NCBI GenBank assembly: GCA_041687335.1
Contig: JAWLCE010000005.1
Span: 13,201-77,200, forward strand
Length of the DNA stretch: 64,000 nt
Origin: Sumerlaeia bacterium
GTDB taxonomy: Bacteria > Sumerlaeota > Sumerlaeia > MVZB01
Direction: 5' to 3'
The notes under the pieces were generated by a model that was not told the origin of the DNA, ran no database searches, and was given only the letters and a program-made list of their open reading frames with translations. Positions 56,685 through 64,000 of this stretch are shown one piece after another (position 1 is the first letter of the stretch; every line of letters begins with the position of its first letter). Position numbers and translations under genes: made by a program.

Positions 56685-58873
56685 CTTTGCCCGAAGCCTC
56701 CGGCGCCCCCACGGTTGACGAAATCCTGGCTCGGATGGACCCGCCGCCGGCGACCGACGCGCGTGCCCTCATCCGCCGAGCCTACGATAGCGCCCTGGCC
56801 TCGCATGATAATCAGGCGCGCAAATCGGGGGAGCCCTATTTCGTCCACCCCGCCCGCGTCGCCTGGCTGCTGGCCGGCCAGGTCAACGACCCAGCCACCG
56901 TCGCCGCCGGCTTGCTCCACGACACCATCGAGGACTGCGGTGAGACCTATGAGTCGCTGCGGACGCGCTTCGGCGAGGAGGTCGCCCAGCTCGTCGACGG
57001 CGTCACCAAGATCAGCTCGCTCAACTTCGCCACCGACCAGGAACACCAGGTCATCAACCTGCGCAAGATGATCCTGGCGATGGCACGCGACGTCCGCGTC
57101 GTGCTGATCAAGCTCTGTGACCGGCTCCACAACATGCAGACCCTGGAGCACCTGCCGCTGCCCCGGCGCCGCGCCATCGCCCAGACCACCCTCGACATCT
57201 ACGCCCCGCTGGCCAACCGCCTGGGCATGACGCTGATGCGCGCCCAGCTTGAAGACCTGGCGATGCGCCACCTGCATCCCTCGGCCTTCAGCAGCCTGAA
57301 GAAAAAAATGGAGGTCCGCAGCGAGCGCGACCAGCGCATTGTCGACCAGACCCGCGCCCTGCTCAGCGCCCAGCTCAAGGCCCACAACATCCCCGCCGAC
57401 ATCCAGGGCCGCCGCAAGCACCTCTACAGCCTCTATCGCAAGATGCAGCGCCAAGGCCTGACATTCGATGAAGTCCACGACATCATCGCCATCCGGGTCA
57501 TCACCGATACCATCGCCGAATGCTATGAGATCCTCGGCATGATCCACTCGCTTTGGAAGCCGATCTCGGGCCGCTTCAAGGATTACATCGCCACGCCCAA
57601 GGAAAACGGCTACCAATCGATTCACACCTCGATCATTGCCGCCGAGAATGAAGTCGTCGAAGTGCAGATTCGCACCCGCGAAATGCATCGCGGCGCCGAG
57701 GAGGGCATTGCCGCCCACTGGAAATACAAGGAGCTCGAGTCCAGCGCCGCCCGCGCCGGCCAGGACGAGGAACGCCTGCTCTGGCTGCGCCAGCTCGTCG
57801 ACTGGCTCCAGGAGGTCCGCGACCCCTCCGAGTTCATGAGCGATCTCAAGCGCGACGTGTTCGAGGCCTCCGTCTTCGTTTACACCCCGCGCGGCGACAT
57901 CCTCGAGATGCCGCGCGGCGCCACCGCGCTCGACCTGGCCTACCGCATCCACTCCGAGCTCGGCCACCACTGCGCCGGCGCCCGCATCAACAACCGCATG
58001 GCCTCCATCCGCAGCGTTTTGGAGACCGGTGACATCGTCGAAATCGTCTCCAGCAAGTCATCCCACCCCACCCCCGACTGGCTCCAGTTCGCGCAGACCG
58101 GACGCGCCCGCAACAAAATCCGCCACTGGCTCAAGGAATCCCAGCGCGAGCTGTTCCTTGAGCGCGGCCGCCAGATGCTGATGGACAACGTGCGCAACCG
58201 CTTCGGCACCCAGGTGGCCGAGGATCAGGTCAGTGACATCCTCAAGCCCGCCCTGCGCGGCTTCAATGTCCCCTCCTACGAGGACATGCTGGTTGAGCTC
58301 GGCTGCGGTACGATCAAGGCCGGCAGCCTGGTCAGCAAGCTCGAGCAGGTCCTGCGCCCCCCCGAGCCCAAGCGCATCCCGCGGGCTGACCGCCGCCGCA
58401 AGGTCGGCGCCGTCGTGCTGGTCGACGGCCTGGAAGGCGCCGTCACCCGGATGGCGCGCTGCTGTTCACCCCTGCCGGGCGACGACATCCTGGGCTTCAT
58501 CACGCTCGGGCGCGGCATCTCGGTCCACCGCGCCGACTGCGCCGCCCTCGGGCGCATCCGCGAGCGCGCCGCCGACTTCCAGCAGCGCCTGGTCCCGGTC
58601 GAGTGGAGCGACTCCAGCCATCAGATGCAGAAGGTGGCCCTGCGCATCGTCTGTCAGGACCGCAAGGGCCTCCTCAGCGATGTCTCCACCGCGCTGGCCC
58701 AGCTCGCGGTCCACATCCTCAGCGTCCACACCAGCACCAACATCCGCGAGGGGCGCGCGATCCTCAAGTTCGTCCTGCTGCTCAAGGATAGCGATGAGCT
58801 CAACGCGGTCCTCAACCGCCTGCAGACCATCCCGGCCGTCCTCTCGCTCAGCCGCACCGTCCACGAACGCTGA
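56672..58873 (+). CDS. rel: bifunctional (p)ppGpp synthetase/hydrolase, RelA/SpoT family
   Basis: HD hydrolase domain (HDTIEDC), a synthetase domain, and TGS (VFVYTPRGDILEMPRGATALDLAY) and ACT domains. GTG at 56672 overlaps the GH57 stop by 13 nt. An alternative start is the ATG at 56735. Confidence 0.9.
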   Translation: MDRLTLPEASGAPTVDEILARMDPPPATDARALIRRAYDSALASHDNQARKSGEPYFVHPARVAWLLAGQVNDPATVAAGLLHDTIEDCGETYESLRTRFGEEVAQLVDGVTKISSLNFATDQEHQVINLRKMILAMARDVRVVLIKLCDRLHNMQTLEHLPLPRRRAIAQTTLDIYAPLANRLGMTLMRAQLEDLAMRHLHPSAFSSLKKKMEVRSERDQRIVDQTRALLSAQLKAHNIPADIQGRRKHLYSLYRKMQRQGLTFDEVHDIIAIRVITDTIAECYEILGMIHSLWKPISGRFKDYIATPKENGYQSIHTSIIAAENEVVEVQIRTREMHRGAEEGIAAHWKYKELESSAARAGQDEERLLWLRQLVDWLQEVRDPSEFMSDLKRDVFEASVFVYTPRGDILEMPRGATALDLAYRIHSELGHHCAGARINNRMASIRSVLETGDIVEIVSSKSSHPTPDWLQFAQTGRARNKIRHWLKESQRELFLERGRQMLMDNVRNRFGTQVAEDQVSDILKPALRGFNVPSYEDMLVELGCGTIKAGSLVSKLEQVLRPPEPKRIPRADRRRKVGAVVLVDGLEGAVTRMARCCSPLPGDDILGFITLGRGISVHRADCAALGRIRERAADFQQRLVPVEWSDSSHQMQKVALRIVCQDRKGLLSDVSTALAQLAVHILSVHTSTNIREGRAILKFVLLLKDSDELNAVLNRLQTIPAVLSLSRTVHER

Positions 58874-59039
58874 AGCCTTAAGAGCTGTTGCCGAAAGAAA
58901 GTGCCGAATGGCGGTCGAGCGAGAGCAAGGATCAGGGTTTCCGCAAGCGCAGGCATAGCAGCGCTATTCCGAGCATTGCGGGAGCCTTCAGCCGCCGCTC
59001 GCAGCCGGCAGCAAACGGCAATGACTATTGGCAACTGCT

Positions 59040-59651
59040 CTAAATCAGCAGCACGAGCAACTGGACCAGCCCGATCAGCCCCCCCAGCGCCGCCCCGGCC
59101 CATTCGATCGCTCGCAGCTCGCGCCGCGCGATCCCATGCACGATGCCCTCGAGCAGCTCCAGATCGAAGGCCCGCACCTTGGCTTCCACGATCGCCTGAA
59201 AGTCGAGCTCCGCCCGCATGCGCTCGAGCGTCTGCGCCGACAGGCGCGCGATCAGCCGGCTGGCCTCGCGCACGGCCAGCCGCTCGATGCGCTGGCGCAG
59301 TCGCCCCCGCAGCAGCGTCCCCAGCAGCGGGTGGATGCGGCCGGCGCGCCGGTCGAGCAGGTGCGCGATCCGCTCCGAAAGCGCCCGCTCGATCCCCCGC
59401 CGCAGCTCCGGGCGCGCCAGCACCCGCTCCAGGTCCTCGTGGTTGATCAGGTGCTCCTGCACGGTCATGCCGATCTGGCGGGCCAGCTCCCCCTGCCGCC
59501 GCGGCACCAGCCCCTGCCAGCTCCAGCGCCCCACGACCAGCGGCCGGCGCGGCCGGAATATCATCCGGATCGCCAAGGCATTGGTCGCCCAGCCGATCCC
59601 CGCCCCCACCAGCGGGATCATCGCAAGTCGCAGCCAGCCAATCTCTTCCAT
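59040..59651 (-). CDS. DUF445 family membrane protein
   Basis: ATG at 59651 (MEEIGWLRLAMIPLVGAGIGWATNALAIRMIFRP), matching the DUF445 N-terminus. C-terminal TM helix. Confidence 0.65.
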   Translation of the reverse strand: MEEIGWLRLAMIPLVGAGIGWATNALAIRMIFRPRRPLVVGRWSWQGLVPRRQGELARQIGMTVQEHLINHEDLERVLARPELRRGIERALSERIAHLLDRRAGRIHPLLGTLLRGRLRQRIERLAVREASRLIARLSAQTLERMRAELDFQAIVEAKVRAFDLELLEGIVHGIARRELRAIEWAGAALGGLIGLVQLLVLLI

Positions 59652-59817
59652 CGTTCTCCTCGTTCCCGGCGGCGCCCATTCAGCCATCGTGGGCTGCGGG
59701 CTTCTTGTCATTGTTTCAGACCCTCCCCCGGCGAGCCAGCAAAACAGCCGGCCAATCGAACCGTCCCTGCTTAACAAATTTACTAGTGATCGTTTCACCA
59801 CTTATTTGCTAAGATCC

Positions 59818-60702
59818 GTGGGCCTTCGTTGGAATTTCGACTTTCACAAACCCGAGGTTTACAATCCATTGCACTCGGCAATCGCCACAGCATGCCCGAT
59901 CTGCGATACGACGGCTGGCCTCACTCCCATTGAAGGCATTGCCCCCCAACCCTGGGTTCTCAAGCAATGTTCCTCCTGCGACCTGTTGTTTTTGGCCAAT
60001 CCGCCCAGCTTTGAGCAACTGGCGACCGATTTCCTTTGGGATCAGAACCACCGGCGCGAGAAAGTCCGTCGGCAGGCCGATCGAACCCACGCCGGCAGCG
60101 CCTTCAGGTTTGTCCTGCATTCGCTCGCTCTTACGAGCAACTGGCTCCTGGGCTGGGACAGGTTCGACAGCCTGCGTCGGCGTTACATCAATGCCGGCCC
60201 GGTTCTGGACCTTGGTTGTGGCCGAGGCAAAAGGCTTTTAAAATCAATGCCGCCCGGGATACCCCTGATTGGCATCGAGATGATCCCATCAAAAGCCGAG
60301 CACGCCCATATCCGTTTTGCCGAGCGCGGCGGTCGGGTCATCCTCGGCTCGGTCCTCGAGGGGTTGACGCAGTTGGAGGATTCAAGCTGCATGGGGGCCG
60401 TCGCCAAGAGTTACTTGGAGCACGAGCCCCAGCCCCGGGTGATGCTGGCCGAGCTCTGGCGCGTGCTCGCGGATGGCGCCCATGTCATCATCAAGGTGCC
60501 TAACCACGCCAGCTTGCTCCGGCGGATGCGCGGCGCCCAGTGGTCCGGCTACCGTTTTCCGGACCACGTTCTGTATTTCACCCCGCTCTCATTGCGTCGC
60601 CTGCTGGAGTCCAGTGGCTTCACGATCCAAAGGTTTGGCTGGGTCGACCGGCTTCCGCTGACAAACGGGATGTGGGTTGTGGCGCGGAAGTCCAAACGTT
60701 AA
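59818..60702 (+). CDS. class I SAM-dependent methyltransferase with an N-terminal C4 zinc ribbon
   Basis: CPICDT...CSSCDL followed by methyltransferase motif I (VLDLGCGRGK) and a post-I acidic residue. The start is uncertain: GTG at 59818 or TTG at 59869, with no in-frame ATG before the zinc ribbon. Confidence 0.65.
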   Translation: MGLRWNFDFHKPEVYNPLHSAIATACPICDTTAGLTPIEGIAPQPWVLKQCSSCDLLFLANPPSFEQLATDFLWDQNHRREKVRRQADRTHAGSAFRFVLHSLALTSNWLLGWDRFDSLRRRYINAGPVLDLGCGRGKRLLKSMPPGIPLIGIEMIPSKAEHAHIRFAERGGRVILGSVLEGLTQLEDSSCMGAVAKSYLEHEPQPRVMLAELWRVLADGAHVIIKVPNHASLLRRMRGAQWSGYRFPDHVLYFTPLSLRRLLESSGFTIQRFGWVDRLPLTNGMWVVARKSKR

Positions 60703-60856
60703 CGATTCATGTTGTGCTCCCCCCTGAACCACGCGAGCTATCTGGGCCAGCGCCATGGCTTTATACCTATTTGAGGGTTGTCCGGGCGTCGGTTTTCCGT
60801 TAGGCTGGCCCAAGCATCTGTGCGCGAGGCTCCCAGCCCCGCGGAACGGCATCAGG

Positions 60857-62056
60857 ATGACGAGCGACTACACGCTGATTGAAGAAGATCACCAATTAGG
60901 CCCGCTGCTCGAAGCCGTGGCCGAGCAATCCTCGGTTGCGATTGACACCGAGGCCGATAGCCTGCACCACTACCGCGAAAAGCTTTGCCTGTTGCAGCTC
61001 TCCGCCGGCGACCGCCAGTGGATCGTCGACCCGCTCTCGCCGCGCCTGGATGCCCGGCCGCTGCTTGAGCTGCTGGCGGCGCGCGAATTGCTGCTCCACG
61101 GCGCCGACTATGACCTGCGGCTGATGTATCGCGCCTATGAGTTCCGCCCCGCGCGGGTCTTCGATACCATGTTTGCCGCCCAATTGCTCGGTTGGCCTCA
61201 GATTGGACTGGCCGCCTCCGTGGAGCGCGTGATTGGCATCGAGATGTCGAAGCATGGCCAGCGGGCCGACTGGTCGGTGCGGCCGTTGAGCGACAAGCTG
61301 CTGTGCTATGCCGCCGATGACACCCGCTACCTTTCCCAGCTTGCCGAGCGCCAGCGCCATGACCTGGATGAGCTGGGCCGCCTGGGCTGGCACCAGGAGG
61401 CTTGCGAACGAGTCATTGGCCAGGCCGCCTGCGAGGCCACCGTCGAGCGCCGCACCGACTGGCGCATCAAGGGCGGCCGGCAGCTGCGGGGTCGTTCGGC
61501 GGCGATGTTGCGCGAGCTCTGGCAGTGGCGCGAGGATACGGCGAGCCGCCTGGACCGCCCCCCGTTCAAGGTCATGAACAGTGAGTACCTGCTTGAGTGG
61601 GCCAATTGGGTGGCGCTCAATCCAGGCCGGCCCGCCGCCGAGGGTCCACCCCTGCCCAAGGGGCTGCGCGGCTCAAGGCTGGAGAGCTTCGAGCGCGCGA
61701 TCGAGCGCGCGCTGGCCATGCCTGCTGCCCAGTGGCCAGGTCAGCCTGTGGCCATCCATGACCGCTCGGGCAGCAGGCGCGTCCCCGAGGAGCTGCTGCG
61801 GCGGGCGCTGACCGTGCGCGATGAGCTGGCGCGCGAGTTGGGGCTGGACCCCGGCGTCGTCGCCCCGCGCGATGCCGTCCGTGATTTGCTCTGCCAGCAC
61901 CTCGAGGGCCGCACGGGGTCCCGGATCCCATCTTCTCTCATGCGCTGGCAGCACGCCCTGCTGGTGCCCGTGCTGGCGCCGGTGCTCGAGGGCGCGACCA
62001 GCGCGGCCGCTTCCGAGGCCGCTCCCCCCTGTGCCCCGCCATTGGGTTCTGAATAA
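60857..62056 (+). CDS. rnd: ribonuclease D
   Basis: DEDDy 3'-5' exonuclease motifs (VAIDTEADSL, HGADYDLRLM, YAADDTRYL) and an HRDC domain. ATG at 60857. Confidence 0.85.
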   Translation: MTSDYTLIEEDHQLGPLLEAVAEQSSVAIDTEADSLHHYREKLCLLQLSAGDRQWIVDPLSPRLDARPLLELLAARELLLHGADYDLRLMYRAYEFRPARVFDTMFAAQLLGWPQIGLAASVERVIGIEMSKHGQRADWSVRPLSDKLLCYAADDTRYLSQLAERQRHDLDELGRLGWHQEACERVIGQAACEATVERRTDWRIKGGRQLRGRSAAMLRELWQWREDTASRLDRPPFKVMNSEYLLEWANWVALNPGRPAAEGPPLPKGLRGSRLESFERAIERALAMPAAQWPGQPVAIHDRSGSRRVPEELLRRALTVRDELARELGLDPGVVAPRDAVRDLLCQHLEGRTGSRIPSSLMRWQHALLVPVLAPVLEGATSAAASEAAPPCAPPLGSE

Positions 62057-62069
62057 AGGTCGCATCCTG

Positions 62070-62108
62070 ATGGTAGGTCGGGTCTCCGACCCGACATGGC
62101 TTCCAGTG
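62070..62108 (-). repeat. hairpin element, family C, inverted copy
   Basis: Reverse complement reads ctggaagccatgtcgggtcggagacccgacctaccatc, which aligns with 4899..4936. Confidence 0.6.
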
Positions 62109-62206
62109 TCGGCTTGAAGAGCCGATCTGCCCTCCCCTGGCTTACAAAAAACATCTTGGCAGGCGCGGCCCCGGCGGAGGCACAATGGGCCTGGAGCCTT
62201 GCGAAG

Positions 62207-63088
62207 ATGAGCGCCACCCCACTGGCCGACACGCGAACGGCGGCCCAAGCCGGCCGATTTTATGACGCCGATCCCGCCGATCTGCGCCGGGCGGTCGAGC
62301 TTGCCCTCGCCGGCGAGGCCGCCGATCCCGCAGAGCCACCCCCGCTGGCGCTGCTTGCGCCCCATGCCGGCTATGTTTACTCGGGCGCGGTCGCGGGCGC
62401 GGCTTATCGCGCCGTCGCCGGCCGGCGCATCGAACGGGTGCTGCTGCTTGGGCCCAGCCATCGTGTCGAGCTGCGCGGGGCGGCCCTTTCGCCCCACCGC
62501 GCCTGGCAGACTCCGCTGGGTGAGATCCCCCTCGACGAGGCCGCGGCAGCCGAACTGCTCGATGCCGGTGCCGCCGCCATCGACCCGGCAGCCCACGCAG
62601 CCGAACATTCGCTCGAAGTGCAGTTGCCCTTCCTGCAAGTGGCGCTGGCGGGACCGTTTCAGATCCTGCCCCTGCTGGTGGGCGCCCCCCCCGGCGACAG
62701 CTTCGAGCTCCTCGCCCGGGCACTGGCCCCGCCGCTGGAGCGCTGGCGGCGCGAGGATCGCCCGGCGCTGATCGTGGCCAGCTCCGACGCCTACCACGGC
62801 GAGGACGGCAACGGCTGCGACGAGAACAATGCCCGGTTGGCTGCGCTGATTGATTCCTTTGATCCCCCCGCCCTGGAGGCTGCCTTTCGCGGGCGCGAGC
62901 TGATGGCCTGTGGCTGGCAGGCGCTCCTGACGGCCCTGGCGCTGGCGCGGATCATGGGCGCCGGTCGCGCCCGCACCCTCGCCGCCGCCGACTCGCGCGC
63001 CGCCAGTGGCCGGCGCGAGGGTTATGTGGTCGGATATCTGGCCGCGCGGCTGGATTTGGCCGCCGCGCACCCCGGCAAATGTTTATGA
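62207..63088 (+). CDS. MEMO1 family protein (AmmeMemoRadiSam system protein B-like)
   Basis: ATG at 62207 (MSATPLADTRTAAQAGRFYDADPADL). Conserved blocks APHAGYVYSG, LLGPSH, HSLEVQLPFLQ, and a C-terminal D..YHGE with a downstream cysteine. Confidence 0.8.
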   Translation: MSATPLADTRTAAQAGRFYDADPADLRRAVELALAGEAADPAEPPPLALLAPHAGYVYSGAVAGAAYRAVAGRRIERVLLLGPSHRVELRGAALSPHRAWQTPLGEIPLDEAAAAELLDAGAAAIDPAAHAAEHSLEVQLPFLQVALAGPFQILPLLVGAPPGDSFELLARALAPPLERWRREDRPALIVASSDAYHGEDGNGCDENNARLAALIDSFDPPALEAAFRGRELMACGWQALLTALALARIMGAGRARTLAAADSRAASGRREGYVVGYLAARLDLAAAHPGKCL

Positions 63089-63321
63089 ATCAATTGGCGG
63101 CTGCTTCATTGTTTGAAAAAACTTGCATTTTTGCCGCCCGACGCTGAGGATATAAATAAGCATTGGGAGGTTGGTTCCATCAGACAGATCGGTGGGACCG
63201 TGTTCAATCTCCGGTCGGGGGAATGGACGTATCCGCGGCAGGTCAACGGCCGAGGCATGGTCCGCAGGCACTCATGACAGTTGAAAAATTACCAAGTTAA
63301 TCTCCAAAGGAGGCCGATCTG

Positions 63322-64000
63322 ATGAAGAGGTTTAAACTGATTGCGACCGTTGCATTGTTATGCGTGTCGATGACTGGTTGCACGGTCGTGCAACAGTGGG
63401 CGACGGGCGGCGCGGTGCTGGGTGCGGCCGTTGGCGGCTGCCTGGCCAACCGCCACGGTTCGCTGAGCACTGCGCAGGGCGCGCTGGTTGGCGCCGCCAC
63501 CGGCGCGGCCGTCGGCGCCCTCGTGGGCGACATGATGAATCAGCGCGACATCAATGCGCTGCAGACGGAACTGGATGAACTGAAGGCTGAGAATGACCAA
63601 CTGCGTCAGCAGCTGGCTCAGGCCCAGGCCGAGATCGATCGCCTGCGTGGCGAGGGCGAAGCCCTGCGCCGTCGCATCGGCGAGCTCGAACGTGGCGTGC
63701 CGGCCGGACAGACGGGTCGCGTCGTCGAGATGGAAATGTCGCTGCTGGCGGACGTGCTGTTCGCGCCGGGCAGCGCGCGCCTGACCCCCGAGGGCCAGCG
63801 CATCCTCAACGAGACGGCCCAGCGCATCCAGCAGGCGCACCCGCAGAGCTACGTCACCGTCCAGGGCCACACCGACAGCCAGCCGATCCGCGCGAGCGGG
63901 TGGAAGGACAACTGGGAGCTCGGTGCCGAGCGCGCCACGACGGTCCTGCGTCATCTGATCGAGCGCGGGGTGGCCCCCGAACGCGCCAGCGCCGAAACCT
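63322..64000 (+). CDS. OmpA-family lipoprotein with glycine-zipper and coiled-coil regions (partial; continues beyond the window)
   Basis: RBS aaaggagg. Lipobox (LLCVSMTGCT), glycine-zipper, a coiled coil (ELDELKAENDQLRQQLAQAQAEIDRL) and the start of an OmpA C-like domain (FAPGSARLTPEGQ...VQGHTDS). Confidence 0.8.
   Translation, partial: MKRFKLIATVALLCVSMTGCTVVQQWATGGAVLGAAVGGCLANRHGSLSTAQGALVGAATGAAVGALVGDMMNQRDINALQTELDELKAENDQLRQQLAQAQAEIDRLRGEGEALRRRIGELERGVPAGQTGRVVEMEMSLLADVLFAPGSARLTPEGQRILNETAQRIQQAHPQSYVTVQGHTDSQPIRASGWKDNWELGAERATTVLRHLIERGVAPERASAET

Noticed and set aside
56390-57970. 526-aa minus-strand ORF
   Set aside because: It is antisense to the 3' end of GH57 and the 5' half of rel.
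61673-63070. 465-aa minus-strand ORF
   Set aside because: It is antisense to the rnd 3' end and the MEMO1-like gene.
63100-63321. Sigma70-like promoter upstream of the OmpA-like gene (TTGCAT ... TATAAA)
   Set aside because: The spacer between the best -35 and -10 candidates is about 22 nt, too long for a confident call.

Overview
This is a high-GC (roughly 65-70%), gene-dense bacterial chromosomal segment with no obvious prophage, integron or CRISPR content. It carries about 48 protein-coding genes and one tRNA-Pro(GGG). The content is consistent with a PVC-superphylum-like (Planctomycetes/Verrucomicrobia-like) organism, but that is only an inference from gene content and GC.

- **Gene content, 5' to 3':**
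  - A peptide/nickel ABC importer (substrate-binding protein plus two permeases; the ATPases lie outside the window).
  - Housekeeping genes: aspS, YggS, the bifunctional Rel/SpoT, RNase D, a UDG family 4/5 glycosylase, and a LeuA/CimA-type synthase.
  - A large envelope-glycan set: three GT2 genes, one GT9, and a fused GT4 + GT-C protein.
  - A uronate/xylan module: GH67 alpha-glucuronidase, UxuA, an SDR, an orphan TRAP substrate-binding protein and an RraA-like protein.
  - A glycogen module: GlgC, a GalT-like HIT protein and GH57.
  - An AsmA/TamB-like giant envelope protein.
- **Most unusual locus:** a 1235-aa protein fusing an Hsp70-like ATPase, a TPR-like region and a C-terminal Hanks Ser/Thr kinase, followed 3 nt later by a STAS anti-sigma-antagonist-like protein with the conserved phosphorylatable serine.
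- **Other notable loci:**
  - An FHA-GAF-histidine kinase translationally coupled to a secreted protein built from about 24 aromatic-Pro repeats.
  - A hypothetical membrane-protein gene bracketed by composite hairpin-rich repeat families that recur elsewhere in the window.
  - Inverted CACGAAA heptamer arrays in the divergent UDG/GH57 promoter region.
  - An unannotated Cys4 small ORF.
- **Caveats:** the long antisense ORFs in the track are high-GC artefacts. Several genes use GTG or TTG starts. All coordinates below were derived by in-frame arithmetic from the ORF track and motif reading only; no database search was possible.
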